64,000 bases of DNA from Nitrospirales bacterium (GTDB lineage Bacteria > Nitrospirota > Nitrospiria > Nitrospirales > UBA8639): NCBI GenBank assembly GCA_965203295.1, contig CBDBCZ010000019.1, positions 2,048,001-2,112,000 of the forward strand. Reading direction: 5' to 3'. Below, one piece after another: positions 28,433 through 39,248 of this stretch. A program made the translations under genes and the position numbers. The notes beneath the pieces were generated by a model. It saw only the letters and a list, made by a program, of their open reading frames with translations. It was not told the DNA's origin and ran no database searches. Numbering within the stretch: the stretch's first letter is position 1; each line of letters starts with the position of its first letter.

Positions 28433-29746
28433 TTAACCACTCCGCCCTCGTAACCGACCCTTTGCAAGGAATCCTTCGTAATTCCGCATGAGCATATGAG
28501 ATTCAATTTGCTGAGCCGTATCTAACCCAACTCCGATCACAATAAGCAGAGAAGTCCCTCCAAAATAAAAGGGAACACCAAGTCGATAGATAAATAGTTC
28601 GGGGATCACGCACACAATCGCCAAGTAAATCGAACCTGCGAATGTAATTCGAGTCAGTACTTTATAAATGTAATCGGCAGTTCTCTGCCCTGGTCGAATG
28701 CCTGGGATAAATCCATTATATTTTTTCATATTATCTGACATATCCACTGGATTCAGTACGACAGCGGTGTAAAAGAAACAAAAGAATAAGATTAAACTCA
28801 CATACAATAATGTGTAGATCAAAGAGCCTGGGGCCAATTGCGCCCCAATCGACTGAACCCAAGGTACTTCAATAAATCCAGTAATCGTCGCAGGAAAGGC
28901 AATAATGGAAGAAGCAAAGATGGGAGGGATGACTCCTGCCGTATTAATTTTTAAGGGAATATGCGTATTTTGCCCCCCATACACTCTTCGTCCAACAACC
29001 CGCTTAGCATATTGGACGGGTATTTTTCGCCTTCCACTTTCTAAAAATACGATCGCCGCGACAACCGCCAGCATAACGACCACCAGAAGGATCAGCAGCA
29101 GAAGGCTGAGTTGTCCAACTTGATAGAGGTTAAAAGTCTGGACAACCGCACTAGGCAGCCGAGCAATAATCCCACCAAAGATGATTAACGATATGCCATT
29201 ACCAACCCCACGCTCCGTAATTTGCTCTCCCAACCACATGAGAAAGGCTGTTCCCGCCGTGAGGGTGATGACCGTCATGAAACGAAATGCCCATCCCGGC
29301 TCAAGAACGAAGGCCCCTTGGTTCATCCCCTCCAAGCCAACCGCGATTCCAAAGCCTTGCAGTAAGGCAATGCCAATCGTTCCGTAGCGAGTATATTGAA
29401 TGATCGTTTTTCTTCCCCGTTCCCCCTCCTTGGCTAGTTTAGACAAGTGCGGAATAACAACGGTAAGAAGCTGGATGATAATCGAGGCACTGATATAGGG
29501 CATGATTCCCAACGCCAAAATCGTGAGTCTGGAAAGTGCCCCTCCTGAAAAAATATCCAAGAAGCCCATGAGGGCTCCACCGCGGTCCAGCAAGAATTTA
29601 GCAAGTTCGTCGTTGTTGATTCCCGGAGTAGGAATGTGTGCCCCAATCCGGTATATCGCCAACATGGCAAGCGTGAAGAGTACGCGACCGCGTAACTCCG
29701 GAATTTTTAGGATGTTTTGGAAGCTCGTGATGAGCCGTTCAAGCAC
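28433..29746 (-). CDS. secY: Preprotein translocase SecY
   Basis: GTG start overlapping the rplO stop; LGIMPYISASII, GNGISLII, IPGIRPG. Confidence 0.97.
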   Translation of the reverse strand: MLERLITSFQNILKIPELRGRVLFTLAMLAIYRIGAHIPTPGINNDELAKFLLDRGGALMGFLDIFSGGALSRLTILALGIMPYISASIIIQLLTVVIPHLSKLAKEGERGRKTIIQYTRYGTIGIALLQGFGIAVGLEGMNQGAFVLEPGWAFRFMTVITLTAGTAFLMWLGEQITERGVGNGISLIIFGGIIARLPSAVVQTFNLYQVGQLSLLLLILLVVVMLAVVAAIVFLESGRRKIPVQYAKRVVGRRVYGGQNTHIPLKINTAGVIPPIFASSIIAFPATITGFIEVPWVQSIGAQLAPGSLIYTLLYVSLILFFCFFYTAVVLNPVDMSDNMKKYNGFIPGIRPGQRTADYIYKVLTRITFAGSIYLAIVCVIPELFIYRLGVPFYFGGTSLLIVIGVGLDTAQQIESHMLMRNYEGFLAKGRLRGRSG

Positions 29747-30188
29747 AGTCGATGACCCTGGCTTGTCCACCAGCCTGTTGGATTTTTTGGAGTGCTGATT
29801 GGCTAAATTTGTGTGCTTCAACTATGATAGGCCTGTCCAGTTGCCCGTTACCCAAAATTTTGATCTGGCTTCCTCTGGGCTTCACAATCTTTCTTTCCCA
29901 CAATACTTGCAACGTAATTTCATTGATATCAGTCAAATTATTAAGGGTCTTTAGATTCACGACTGCAAATTCTGCTCTAAACGGATTATGAAAACCTCGT
30001 TTAGGTAACCGGCGGGCTAAGGGCATTTGCCCACCTTCAAATCCAATATTGTTAGCCCTTCCTGATCGTGCGAGCATTCCTTTATGTCCCTTCCCTGCGG
30101 TCTTTCCTAACCCTGATCCGGGTCCACGCCCCAAACGCTTTCCTCGCTTTTTCGCCCCTGGATTAGGATGGAGCTCATGGAGTTTCAT
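29739..30188 (-). CDS. rplO: 50S ribosomal protein L15
   Basis: GRGPGSGLGKTAG, FEGGQMPL. Confidence 0.98.
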   Translation of the reverse strand: MKLHELHPNPGAKKRGKRLGRGPGSGLGKTAGKGHKGMLARSGRANNIGFEGGQMPLARRLPKRGFHNPFRAEFAVVNLKTLNNLTDINEITLQVLWERKIVKPRGSQIKILGNGQLDRPIIVEAHKFSQSALQKIQQAGGQARVIDCA

Positions 30189-30391
30189 AAAGAAGTCACC
30201 TCAACAAGATGTTTGACTTTATTAATGAGGCCGCACACTTGATCTGATTGAGGCCGAGTCACAGTTTGATAAAGCCGACGAAGGCCTAATCCTCACAGGA
30301 TGACTCTTTGGTTAGACGGCCACCCAATAGGACTTCGCTTCAGGGTAATTTTCAAGAGTGCGTTTGTGGGAGTTTGGGATGATATAGTCAT
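30185..30391 (-). pseudogene. rpmD: 50S ribosomal protein L30 interrupted by in-frame TGA (30293-30295)
   Basis: LKITLKRSPIG..NQRVIL*GLGLRRLYQTV..QVCGLINKVKHLVEV; canonical position between rpsE and rplO. Confidence 0.9.
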
Positions 30392-30425
30392 GATTTCGAT
30401 TATCGTACCCTTTTCTTTGCGAGCC

Positions 30426-30920
30426 TTACGAGGCTGAGGCCACGTTGGATTGCCGGATCCGACGAACTTCTTCAAGGTCCTTCAATTGGGAAAGTCCCTC
30501 TAAAGTTGCACGCACAACATTAAACGGGTTTCCACGACCAAGGGTTTTAGCGATGATATTGTGGGCCCCCATTACCTCCAAAATGGCCCGTACCGCTCCA
30601 CCAGCAATAATACCAGTTCCTTCTTTCGCTGGTTTCATCAATATATGCTCGGCCCCGAAGTATCCGTGCACATCATAAGGAATGCTCCCATTTTTCAAAG
30701 GGACATGAATCATGTTTTTTTTGGCCTGGCCCACCGCCTTGGCAATAGCAGGGGGAACTTCCGTGGCCTTACCTTTTCCAACACCGACCCACCCTTGGCC
30801 ATCCCCGACAACCACCAGCGCACAAAAGGAAAACCGCTTCCCACCTTTGACGACCTTGGCAACACGGTTGATGGTCACAAGTTTATCTTTTAGATTGAGT
30901 TCTTCAGAATTGACTCGCAC
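30426..30920 (-). CDS. rpsE: 30S ribosomal protein S5
   Basis: [22 protein letters not shown]. Confidence 0.98.
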   Translation of the reverse strand: MRVNSEELNLKDKLVTINRVAKVVKGGKRFSFCALVVVGDGQGWVGVGKGKATEVPPAIAKAVGQAKKNMIHVPLKNGSIPYDVHGYFGAEHILMKPAKEGTGIIAGGAVRAILEVMGAHNIIAKTLGRGNPFNVVRATLEGLSQLKDLEEVRRIRQSNVASAS

Positions 30921-30940
30921 AAATCCTCACATGTCATGGG

Positions 30941-31300
30941 TTAAAATACCAGGCCTCCAGCCCGGCATGCTTCGGCCAACGTCTTTACACGACCATGAAA
31001 AATTCGACCACCCCTATCAAAAACCACCTTAGAAAGGTTTGCCACCTTGGCTCTTTTTGCTAGTAAATCCCCCACTGCTTTAGCAACCTCTGTTTTGGTA
31101 CTCGTTTGTTGCGGCATGGAAGAGTCCAGACTAGAGGCAGCCACCAGAGTTTTACCAAGAGAATCATCGATAATTTGGGCATAAATATGAGAATTGCTTC
31201 GATAGACACTAAGCCGCGGACTCCCAGACGTACCGAAAATTTTCTTTCTGACGCGGGCTTTCCGTCTGGCGAACCTCTCTGTCTTAGCAAACAGATTCAT
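30941..31300 (-). CDS. rplR: 50S ribosomal protein L18
   Basis: [25 protein letters not shown]. Confidence 0.97.
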   Translation of the reverse strand: MNLFAKTERFARRKARVRKKIFGTSGSPRLSVYRSNSHIYAQIIDDSLGKTLVAASSLDSSMPQQTSTKTEVAKAVGDLLAKRAKVANLSKVVFDRGGRIFHGRVKTLAEACRAGGLVF

Positions 31301-31309
31301 ATCACGACC

Positions 31310-31849
31310 TTATTTCTTCCCGGCTTTTCCTGCTTTCTTAATTAAAACTTCACCGGCGAACTTAATCCCCTTTTGCTTATACACATCGGGGGGGTGTACC
31401 CGTTTGATATTGGCTGCAACTTGAGTCACGAGTCGTTTATCAATTCCCTTAACCGCGATGACCGTCTGCTTTTCAATAGTGGCTTGAACTCCAGTGGGTA
31501 TTTTTACCTCTACAGGATGAGAAAATCCAACATTGAGGGAGAGACTTTGCCCCTGGATTTGCGCTCGATATCCCACACCGGTTAATTCAAGAGTCCGCTC
31601 ATAGCCATGAGTCACCCCCTCAACCAAGTTCTGTAATTCAGCACGGGTGAGGCCATGTAAGGCTCGCAATTTAGGTGAATTGCCAACCCTGGTTACCTGA
31701 ATTTTCCCATCTTCGACAGACACATCCATGCCCTGTGCCAATGGCCAGATAAGCTGTCCTAATGGTCCTTTAACGGAAACCTTTCGGTCAGCAACTTTAA
31801 CCTCTATCCCAGATTTGATGGGAATAGGCTTTTGGCCTATTCTCGACAT
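31310..31849 (-). CDS. rplF: 50S ribosomal protein L6
   Basis: MSRIG..PI, GVGYRA, PDVYKQKGI. Confidence 0.98.
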   Translation of the reverse strand: MSRIGQKPIPIKSGIEVKVADRKVSVKGPLGQLIWPLAQGMDVSVEDGKIQVTRVGNSPKLRALHGLTRAELQNLVEGVTHGYERTLELTGVGYRAQIQGQSLSLNVGFSHPVEVKIPTGVQATIEKQTVIAVKGIDKRLVTQVAANIKRVHPPDVYKQKGIKFAGEVLIKKAGKAGKK

Positions 31850-31885
31850 ATCTTGCTCCTCATCTCAGAAGATTCAACCCTTGTG

Positions 31886-32290
31886 TCACCAGACATAACA
31901 CAACACTTCTCCCCCTTGCCCCAATTGTCGAGACTCTCTATCTGTGACGACTCCTTTAGGGGTGGAAAGAATGGCAACGCCTAACCCATCCATCACACGA
32001 GGCACAGCCTGCTTCCCAACATACACCCGACACCCAGGTTTACTAATCCGGCGAACGCCAGTAATGACTGATTTCTTATCTCGGCCTCCTAGATATCGAA
32101 GTTCTACCTTCAGAACAGAATGCCCTTCCACCTTCTCTTCCTGAAAGGAACGGATAAAGCCCTCTGATTGAAACACTTTGAGAATATTCGTCTTGAGTTT
32201 TGAGGCCGGGATTGTCGTCATAGCATGACCTCGTTTAGACGCATTCGTAAGACGAATAAGGAGATCGGCGATGGGATCTGTCATGGACAT
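31886..32290 (-). CDS. rpsH: 30S ribosomal protein S8
   Basis: MTDPIAD, RISKPG, ILSTPKG. Confidence 0.98.
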   Translation of the reverse strand: MSMTDPIADLLIRLTNASKRGHAMTTIPASKLKTNILKVFQSEGFIRSFQEEKVEGHSVLKVELRYLGGRDKKSVITGVRRISKPGCRVYVGKQAVPRVMDGLGVAILSTPKGVVTDRESRQLGQGGEVLCYVW

Positions 32291-32367
32291 AGAATCAATC
32301 CTTCTTCCCGAATATCTCTGGTTACGTTGACACTTTCAATGAAACACCGGGCTATCACAGAGGGCTT

Positions 32368-32553
32368 CTACCAACTTGATTTTGTCACTCCCTGGATATC
32401 TCCGCGAAGACTCAGCAACCGGAAACAAATTCTGCACATTTCGAACCTTCTTAAAAACCCTCGTACCCGCCCACACAAAGGGCAACGATTATAGCGCCGC
32501 ACGGAAAATTTTGGCGTCCTTATGACCTTCAGTTTTAGGGCTTTTCTAGCCAC
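32368..32553 (-). CDS. rpsN: 30S ribosomal protein S14, zinc-binding type
   Basis: [10 protein letters not shown]...MCRICFR; 61 aa. Confidence 0.97.
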   Translation of the reverse strand: MARKALKLKVIRTPKFSVRRYNRCPLCGRVRGFLRRFEMCRICFRLLSLRGDIQGVTKSSW

Positions 32554-32575
32554 GCAAGCCTCCCCCCATCATTTA

Positions 32576-33181
32576 TTAATTACCAAAAGGCATACCCAAA
32601 TGCGTCAGCAAGGATTTAGCTTCATCGTTCCTTCGCGCACTGGTCACAATCGTAATATCCATACCATGAATGGAGGCCACATCGTCATATTTTATTTCCG
32701 GAAAGGTTAACTGTTCCCGTAATCCGAGGGTATAGTTCCCTCTTCCATCAAACGCTTTCGGAGAAACTCCTCGAAAATCACGTATTCGCGGAAGGGCAAT
32801 GTTCAGGAGGCGATCAAGAAATTCATACATTCGTTCCCGCCGAAGGGTCACTTTCGTCCCAATGGGCATACCCTCGCGAAGTTTAAATCCTGCAATCGCC
32901 TTTTTGGCTTTGGTGACAACCGATTTTTGCCCGGTAATAAGCGCTAGTTCCGTTACAGCGCTATCCAGCAGTTTCATATTTTGAATAGCTGCTCCCATTC
33001 CCACATTTAAGACGACCTGTTCCAATTTCGGAACTTGCATGCGGTTTTGATAAGAGAATTCTTTCATCATTCGAGGAACGACTTCTTCTTGATAGAGAAC
33101 TTTTAAGCGAGAAGATGGACCTGTCCTTGACTTGGCAGGTGAGGTTTCAACCTTTTTTGATCCCTTAGATTTATTTCCCAT
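32576..33181 (-). CDS. rplE: 50S ribosomal protein L5
   Basis: [16 protein letters not shown]. Confidence 0.98.
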   Translation of the reverse strand: MGNKSKGSKKVETSPAKSRTGPSSRLKVLYQEEVVPRMMKEFSYQNRMQVPKLEQVVLNVGMGAAIQNMKLLDSAVTELALITGQKSVVTKAKKAIAGFKLREGMPIGTKVTLRRERMYEFLDRLLNIALPRIRDFRGVSPKAFDGRGNYTLGLREQLTFPEIKYDDVASIHGMDITIVTSARRNDEAKSLLTHLGMPFGN

Positions 33182-33528
33182 TAGGCTTTATCCAAAACTT
33201 CATCAGGATTCTTTTTCAGAACGCGGACTTTTTGACCACCCTCCAGGAATCTAAAAGTCACTCGAGACGGGCGCTGAAGCGCTTCGGAATAGACCATGAC
33301 ATTAGAAAGCGCGATAGGCCCTTCTTTTTCCAAAATTCCACCCTGACGATTTTTTTGCGTGGGCTTGGTGTGTCGTTTAATAATGTTCAATTTTTCTATG
33401 GTGACATGCCCATCATTCGGTCGAGCTAATAAAACTTTACCAACCTTGCCTCGTTCTCGACCAGCAATCACCATGACGGTGTCACTTTTTTTGATCTTTG
33501 ATTTCTTATTACCCACGCCAAGACTCAT
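33181..33528 (-). CDS. rplX: 50S ribosomal protein L24
   Basis: KOW motif [23 protein letters not shown]. Confidence 0.97.
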   Translation of the reverse strand: MSLGVGNKKSKIKKSDTVMVIAGRERGKVGKVLLARPNDGHVTIEKLNIIKRHTKPTQKNRQGGILEKEGPIALSNVMVYSEALQRPSRVTFRFLEGGQKVRVLKKNPDEVLDKA

Positions 33529-33554
33529 TTAAAAGTTGACTTCCTTCGCTCAGT

Positions 33555-33923
33555 CTATATGACTTCCGGAGCCAGAGAGACTATCTTCATGTACTTTTTC
33601 TTTCGCAATTCTCGAGCCACCGGACCAAAAATTCGAGTACCCAACGGGTCACCCTGGTTGTTCACCAATACACAGGCATTACGATCAAACCGGATATAGG
33701 AACCATCCTCTCGTCGACAACTCTTTTGGGTTCGAACGATGACAGCCTTTACCACATCGCCTTTCTTGACTGAAGCCTTGGGAATAGCCTCCTTTACAGA
33801 CACGACCACAAGGTCCCCCAACCCCCCATACCTTCGCCTTGTTCCACCTAGGACATGGAAGCATCGCACACTTTTGGCTCCAGAATTATCAGCTACATCC
33901 AAATAGCTATAGTTTTGGATCAT
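33555..33923 (-). CDS. rplN: 50S ribosomal protein L14
   Basis: [21 protein letters not shown]. Confidence 0.98.
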   Translation of the reverse strand: MIQNYSYLDVADNSGAKSVRCFHVLGGTRRRYGGLGDLVVVSVKEAIPKASVKKGDVVKAVIVRTQKSCRREDGSYIRFDRNACVLVNNQGDPLGTRIFGPVARELRKKKYMKIVSLAPEVI

Positions 33924-34042
33924 AGATCAGTACCATTCCAATTATCAGGACCTGCTTCATTTTTTTCAAGTAACTCAAAATCTCGAGAGACACATTGGCA
34001 GGAAAGACTCCAAAAAGTACGGCTCCCTTCAAACAAAGACAG

Positions 34043-34321
34043 CTAGCCCTCTACCTGCGCACGCTCACCTCTTTCTATAATCTCTGCTACTTTCCAATGT
34101 TTGTCTTTACTTAAAGGCCGCGTGTGCACAATTCTGACCCAGTCACCAATTCGAGATGCATTGCTTTCATCATGTGCCTTGAATTTAGAAACCCGCCGCA
34201 CAATTTTTCTGTACAAAGGATGGGGAACCAGACGAGTAACAGCCACAACGACCGTTTTATCCATCTTATCACTTAAAACTTTTCCAAAAGATTCCTTAGG
34301 TTTGTTGCGGAGGTTTACCAT
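34043..34321 (-). CDS. rpsQ: 30S ribosomal protein S17
   Basis: [20 protein letters not shown]. Confidence 0.97.
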   Translation of the reverse strand: MVNLRNKPKESFGKVLSDKMDKTVVVAVTRLVPHPLYRKIVRRVSKFKAHDESNASRIGDWVRIVHTRPLSKDKHWKVAEIIERGERAQVEG

Positions 34322-34348
34322 AATACCAGTAAGTTACCCTTTCACGCT

Positions 34349-34546
34349 TTAGACAATTCTTGGGTCTTGGGCCCGAAGAACTGTTTTTACTCTGGCAATC
34401 TCATGTCGAACCTCACGAATCCGCATGGGATTTTCAATCCGACCCATCGCTAATTGACACCGAAGATGAAAAAGTTCCTGCTTTAATTGATGAGCTTTTT
34501 CTTGTAATTCCTGCGGCTCAAGTGTCCGTATTTCTTTGATGCCCAT
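34349..34546 (-). CDS. rpmC: 50S ribosomal protein L29
   Basis: [19 protein letters not shown]; synteny. Confidence 0.95.
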   Translation of the reverse strand: MGIKEIRTLEPQELQEKAHQLKQELFHLRCQLAMGRIENPMRIREVRHEIARVKTVLRAQDPRIV

Positions 34547-34559
34547 TTAATCTCGTCTC

Positions 34560-34979
34560 CTAAACAGGCAATTCCCCGCGTACGACAAATTTCGTAGCCA
34601 AGGGAAGTTTGTACCCAGCCAGCCGAAAGGCTTCTTCAGCCACCGTGCGAGTGACATCATCCATTTCATAGAGGATTCGCCCAGGCTTGACGACAGCAAC
34701 CCAAAATTCCGGACTTCCTTTTCCTTTTCCCATTCTGACTTCGGCCGGCTTTTTCGTCACAGGTTTGTCAGGAAAAATTCTGGTCCAAATTCGTCCACCA
34801 CGCTTGACATGGCGTGTCATGGCAATTCGAGCAGCTTCAATCTGCCTTGCCGTAATTCGACCAGGCTCAAGGACTTTGAGCCCAAACTGCCCGAAGCTTA
34901 TTTCTCCGCCGCGATAGGCCTTCCCACGCATATGCCCTTTTTGAACTTTTCGATATTTCACCTTCTTGGGAGCAAGCAT
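34560..34979 (-). CDS. rplP: 50S ribosomal protein L16
   Basis: [16 protein letters not shown]. Confidence 0.98.
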   Translation of the reverse strand: MLAPKKVKYRKVQKGHMRGKAYRGGEISFGQFGLKVLEPGRITARQIEAARIAMTRHVKRGGRIWTRIFPDKPVTKKPAEVRMGKGKGSPEFWVAVVKPGRILYEMDDVTRTVAEEAFRLAGYKLPLATKFVVRGELPV

Positions 34980-35041
34980 GCAATTACCTACTAAGATTTT
35001 TCAAAGGTGGACAAAAAAGCGTCACTTCCTCACCACTCAAC

Positions 35042-35707
35042 CTATAATAAAGTCAGGTGAACTTCTGGCTTTTTCATTCCAGGAATTTCAGCTTCACCCT
35101 TATATATCCAGGCTTTCACACCAATCTGACCCATTGTGGTATGGGCTTCGGCAAAACCATACTCAACATCCGCTCGAAGAGTATGGAGGGGCACTCGCCC
35201 TTCCCGATACCATTCCGTCCTCGCAATCTCATTTCCGCCTAAACGACCCGCGCATGACACCCTGATACCCTGAGCCCCTAAACGCAAAGCTGCCGCAACA
35301 CTGCGTTTCATCGCCCTCCTAAAAGCCACACGTTTTTGCAACTGGAGCGCAATATTTTCAGCCACTAATTGAGCATCCAACTCGGGCTTCTTAATTTCTT
35401 TAACGGTGACATACACTTCGCGTTCGTATTTCTGTTCCAAATTTCCCTTCAATTTATCAACTTCAGCGCCCTTCCGTCCAATAATAATCCCCGGTCTAGC
35501 CGTATGAATAATGACTTTCACTTGGTTTCCAGACCGCTCAATTTCTACTCGTGAAATACCTGCATGAAACAGACTGGATTTCACAATTTTTCGAATTTCT
35601 ACATCCTCACGAAGAAGCTTCACATAATCTTTCTTGGAGTACCATCGAGAATTCCAGGTTCGGGTATAACCCAATCGAAATCCAAATGGATGAGTTTTTT
35701 GACCCAT
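35042..35707 (-). CDS. rpsC: 30S ribosomal protein S3
   Basis: [25 protein letters not shown]. Confidence 0.98.
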   Translation of the reverse strand: MGQKTHPFGFRLGYTRTWNSRWYSKKDYVKLLREDVEIRKIVKSSLFHAGISRVEIERSGNQVKVIIHTARPGIIIGRKGAEVDKLKGNLEQKYEREVYVTVKEIKKPELDAQLVAENIALQLQKRVAFRRAMKRSVAAALRLGAQGIRVSCAGRLGGNEIARTEWYREGRVPLHTLRADVEYGFAEAHTTMGQIGVKAWIYKGEAEIPGMKKPEVHLTLL

Positions 35708-35782
35708 AACCTTTTACAATACCTCCTTACTAGATTTCCTTCGACTCAAAGAAAAAATAACAAATTCTTCCAGAAGCTGATC

Positions 35783-36130
35783 TTATGCTGTGGTCTCACG
35801 AGGCCCGACAACAATCGTAATATGGCTTGTTCGTTTGTGAATGGGGTTTGCCCGCCCCATGGACCGAGCACGGAAACGACGAAACGTAGGCCCTCCATCC
35901 ACAAAAGCTTTAACAACGATCAGAGAATCTGCATCACCTAACTCTTTTTGACCTGCATTCGCCACAGCCGACTTTAGCAACTGCTGTACCACAATTGAAG
36001 CGGAACGAGGGAGGTACTTCAGAATAGTAAAGGCTGCAGGAACCTCGCGGCCTCGAATCAGGTCTACCACCAACCTCGCTTTTCTCGGGGTCATTCGTAC
36101 GTATCGAAGAATTGCCTTTGCCTCAGCCAT
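35783..36130 (-). CDS. rplV: 50S ribosomal protein L22
   Basis: PRKARLVVDLIRG, KRTSHITI. Confidence 0.98.
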   Translation of the reverse strand: MAEAKAILRYVRMTPRKARLVVDLIRGREVPAAFTILKYLPRSASIVVQQLLKSAVANAGQKELGDADSLIVVKAFVDGGPTFRRFRARSMGRANPIHKRTSHITIVVGPRETTA

Positions 36131-36211
36131 TTCTATACTTTCCTATCCAGTTCTATCCCTTCACACCAGCATTCAATTCATGTATCAAAATTATCGAGAT
36201 AGGGAGGCGTC

Positions 36212-36499
36212 CTATTTTAATGCCACCGCCTTTTCAGTCTTGGCTTGCCCATGTCCCTTAAAAAATCTGGTTGGGGCAAACTCCCCCAATTTGTGTCCTA
36301 CTATGTTTTCCGTGATGTAGACTGGAATAAATTTTTTCCCATTGTGTACGGCAAAGGTATGCCCAATCATATCCGGGATGATGGTTGACCTGCGCGACCA
36401 GGTCTTGATCATTTTATGATCTCTGGACTCATTCATTTTCTCCACCTTTTTTAAAAGATGGTCATCAACAAATGGCCCCTTTCCAACTGATCGTGGCAT
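36212..36499 (-). CDS. rpsS: 30S ribosomal protein S19
   Basis: True start ATG 36499 (SD AGGAGGAG); [23 protein letters not shown]. Confidence 0.97.
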   Translation of the reverse strand: MPRSVGKGPFVDDHLLKKVEKMNESRDHKMIKTWSRRSTIIPDMIGHTFAVHNGKKFIPVYITENIVGHKLGEFAPTRFFKGHGQAKTEKAVALK

Positions 36500-36515
36500 A
36501 GCTCCTCCTAAACCT

Positions 36516-37346
36516 TTACTTTGAACGACGAGATATAATGAAATTTGAGGAAGCTTTCTTCTTCTTTCGTGTCTTAAAGCCTTTAGTGGGCAGTCCCCAA
36601 GGAGACACAGGATGAGGATTACCCTGTCCGGATTTTCCTTCACCTCCACCGTGGGGATGATCCACCGGATTCATGACCACACCTCGTACATGTGGGCGTC
36701 GCCCCAACCACCTTGAACGACCAGCTTTACCAATTGAGAGGTTCTCATGGTCAAGATTACCAACCTGACCGACACTAGCCATGCAACTCCCAAGGATACG
36801 CCTCATTTCACCTGAAGTGAGACGAACCTGAATATATTTCCCTTCTCGCCCCATGACCTGAGCAGCTCCACCAGCACTTCTCACAAGTTGTGCCCCTTTC
36901 CCCGGTTTCAATTCAATGTTATGCACAGTGGTCCCTAAGGGCATTGCCTCCAACGACAACGCATTCCCAGGACGAATCTCTGCTCCTGGCCCAGATTCGA
37001 CAATGTCTCCAAGCTCCAGACCGACCGGCGCAAGAATGTATCTTTTTTCTCCATCCCTATAGTAGAGGAGAGCAATCCTTGCAGAGCGGTTCGGATCATA
37101 CTCGATGCGTGCTACTTTTGCAGGGACACCGCGTTTGTCTCGCTTAAAGTCGATCAGACGGTACAATCGTTTATGCCCACCACCCCTAAAACGAACCGTC
37201 ACTCGTCCATGATTATTTCGTCCGCCAGCAGGAGATCGAAACTCCGTCAACCATTTTTCCGGGCGACCTTCATACAACTTTTCCCCTAATATCCTAGTCA
37301 TTCCTCGTCGACCAGGAGAGGTGGGCCTATAGGGTTTTACCGCCAT
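36516..37346 (-). CDS. rplB: 50S ribosomal protein L2
   Basis: [25 protein letters not shown]. Confidence 0.98.
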   Translation of the reverse strand: MAVKPYRPTSPGRRGMTRILGEKLYEGRPEKWLTEFRSPAGGRNNHGRVTVRFRGGGHKRLYRLIDFKRDKRGVPAKVARIEYDPNRSARIALLYYRDGEKRYILAPVGLELGDIVESGPGAEIRPGNALSLEAMPLGTTVHNIELKPGKGAQLVRSAGGAAQVMGREGKYIQVRLTSGEMRRILGSCMASVGQVGNLDHENLSIGKAGRSRWLGRRPHVRGVVMNPVDHPHGGGEGKSGQGNPHPVSPWGLPTKGFKTRKKKKASSNFIISRRSK

Positions 37347-37378
37347 TTTTTCCCTCAGTTTGATTCCAATTGAGCACG

Positions 37379-37678
37379 TTAGGCACTCTCGTACAATTCG
37401 ACTTTTTCACCTTCCCGTAAGGTCACGATAGCCTTCTTCCAATCTGGCCTCTTCCCCACGAAACGCCCCTGACGCTTTTTCTTACCCAACACATTCATGA
37501 CATGAACTGACTTCACTTTAACCTTCAACGCCGATTCGACCGCCCGGCCAATCTCAATACTGTTGGCATCAGACTTCACAACAAAGGCAACCCTATTGGC
37601 CTGATCACGCAACGCGGTAATTTTTTCGGTGAGGAGGGGTTTAATCAGAACATCAAAGGGATCTCGTTTTATCCCCAT
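37379..37678 (-). CDS. rplW: 50S ribosomal protein L23
   Basis: [14 protein letters not shown]. Confidence 0.97.
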   Translation of the reverse strand: MGIKRDPFDVLIKPLLTEKITALRDQANRVAFVVKSDANSIEIGRAVESALKVKVKSVHVMNVLGKKKRQGRFVGKRPDWKKAIVTLREGEKVELYESA

Positions 37679-38292
37679 AACTCTTCCACTTTAGCCATTT
37701 CTTCCTCTAATACGAGAACAACATTGTAACGGAGAACATCATAGACATTGAGTCCAGCCGGGCTCGTCATTTTAATATTGGCGATATTTTTTCCAGCCCG
37801 CATCAGGTCGCCAGAACCCTCTCCCACGACAATGAGGGCCTTCGCACCAACCCCCAAATTCTTTAGGATATTCTGAACATGGCGAGCCTTAGGCTCTGGA
37901 ATAGAAAAGTCCGAAATCACCTTAAATTCCCAAGAGGATATCTTTCCTGACAAAGCAGCTTGCATGGCAGCCCGATACATCCTTTTGGGCATAGAAAAAC
38001 CATACTCTCTCGGCTGTGGACCAAACACTATCCCGCCGTGCCGCCAAATAGGAGAACGGTTCGATCCAGCCCTGGCTCGACCTGTATGCTTTTGCTTCCA
38101 CGGTTTTCGCCCTGTTCCGCTAACTTCACCGCGGCCCTTAGTAGAGGCCGTCCCCTGTCTGGAGGCGGCTCGTTGCATGACAACCGCAGAATGAACAAGA
38201 GCCTGACCAGAGTCAGCGCTGAAGAGATCACTCTTGACCTCCAACGACTTGACCACGTCTCCCTGTCGGTTGATTACCTCAAGCGTCAACAT
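37669..38292 (-). CDS. rplD: 50S ribosomal protein L4
   Basis: RQGTASTKGRGEV, KPWKQKHTGRARAG. Confidence 0.97.
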   Translation of the reverse strand: MLTLEVINRQGDVVKSLEVKSDLFSADSGQALVHSAVVMQRAASRQGTASTKGRGEVSGTGRKPWKQKHTGRARAGSNRSPIWRHGGIVFGPQPREYGFSMPKRMYRAAMQAALSGKISSWEFKVISDFSIPEPKARHVQNILKNLGVGAKALIVVGEGSGDLMRAGKNIANIKMTSPAGLNVYDVLRYNVVLVLEEEMAKVEELWG

Positions 38293-38297
38293 CGAAA

Positions 38298-38921
38298 TTA
38301 TCTCTGACTCGCCTTCTGGATCACCACAAGCCCACCATTGGGTCCAGGCACACCACCAGACACCAGCAACAAATTTTCCTCAGGTCGAACATCAACGACC
38401 TTGAGCCCCTTCACAGTTACCCGCTCACTCCCCATATGGCCAGGGAGTGCCTTATTTTTCAACACCCTCGAGGGATATGAACTGCTCCCAATCGATCCAG
38501 GCGCCCGATGGAACATTGATCCATGAGAAGCAGGCCCACCACCATAGTTATGTCGTTTCATAACTCCCTGAAACCCCTTGCCCTTCGATTGCCCCTGAAC
38601 ATCAATACAGTCTCCCCTCTCAAAAACATCCGCCTTCAGGATATCTCCAACCTGGCACTCAACCGGCCCAAGAAATTCTCTAAGAATTTTCCATAAGCGA
38701 GTTTGTCCCGACCGAAGATGCCCTATCACGGCCTTAGTCAATTTTCGCTCGGCAACTTCACAAAATCCCATCTGGACTGCATCATATCCATGCTGATCCC
38801 GCTTTCTGATTGCGGTGACACCACAAGGGCCAACCTCCAGGACAGTAACAGGGATTAACCGCCGCTGCTCATCGTAAACCTGAGTCATTCCTAATTTTTT
38901 TCCCATTAACCCACGAATCAT
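38298..38921 (-). CDS. rplC: 50S ribosomal protein L3
   Basis: GKKLGMTQ, SKGKGFQG, HRAPGSIG. Confidence 0.98.
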   Translation of the reverse strand: MIRGLMGKKLGMTQVYDEQRRLIPVTVLEVGPCGVTAIRKRDQHGYDAVQMGFCEVAERKLTKAVIGHLRSGQTRLWKILREFLGPVECQVGDILKADVFERGDCIDVQGQSKGKGFQGVMKRHNYGGGPASHGSMFHRAPGSIGSSSYPSRVLKNKALPGHMGSERVTVKGLKVVDVRPEENLLLVSGGVPGPNGGLVVIQKASQR

Positions 38922-38936
38922 AAAGACTCAATCCCT

Positions 38937-39248
38937 TTAAAGCTTAATCTCAACATCAACCCCTGCAGCCAAGTTCAATTTCATAAGAGCATCCATCGTT
39001 TCAGGAGTAGGCTCCATAATGTCTAAGAGTCTCTTATGGGTACGTATTTCAAATTGCTCACGTGATTTTTTATCTGAATGAGTCGATCGTTGAACGGTGA
39101 ATTTTTCAATCCTGGTAGGTAAGGGAATAGGGCCAGCAACACTGGCTCCAGTCTGCCTGACTGTATCGACGATTTCTCGAGCAGACTGGTCCAACACCCG
39201 ATAATCAAAGCCTTTCAGTCGAATCCGAATCCGCTGGTCCATACTCAT
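38937..39248 (-). CDS. rpsJ: 30S ribosomal protein S10
   Basis: [28 protein letters not shown]. Confidence 0.98.
   Translation of the reverse strand: MSMDQRIRIRLKGFDYRVLDQSAREIVDTVRQTGASVAGPIPLPTRIEKFTVQRSTHSDKKSREQFEIRTHKRLLDIMEPTPETMDALMKLNLAAGVDVEIKL

Noticed and set aside
29747..29821. N-terminal extensions in the ORF track (secY; likewise rpsS, rpoB, fusA, rplJ, rplA)
   Set aside because: Downstream starts with SD sequences or stop overlaps fit the normal protein N-termini.
30293..30295. Alternative genetic code (TGA as sense) suggested by two in-frame TGAs
   Set aside because: Many core genes (rpoN, rplQ, map, rplO, fusA, rel, recJ) terminate correctly at TGA.
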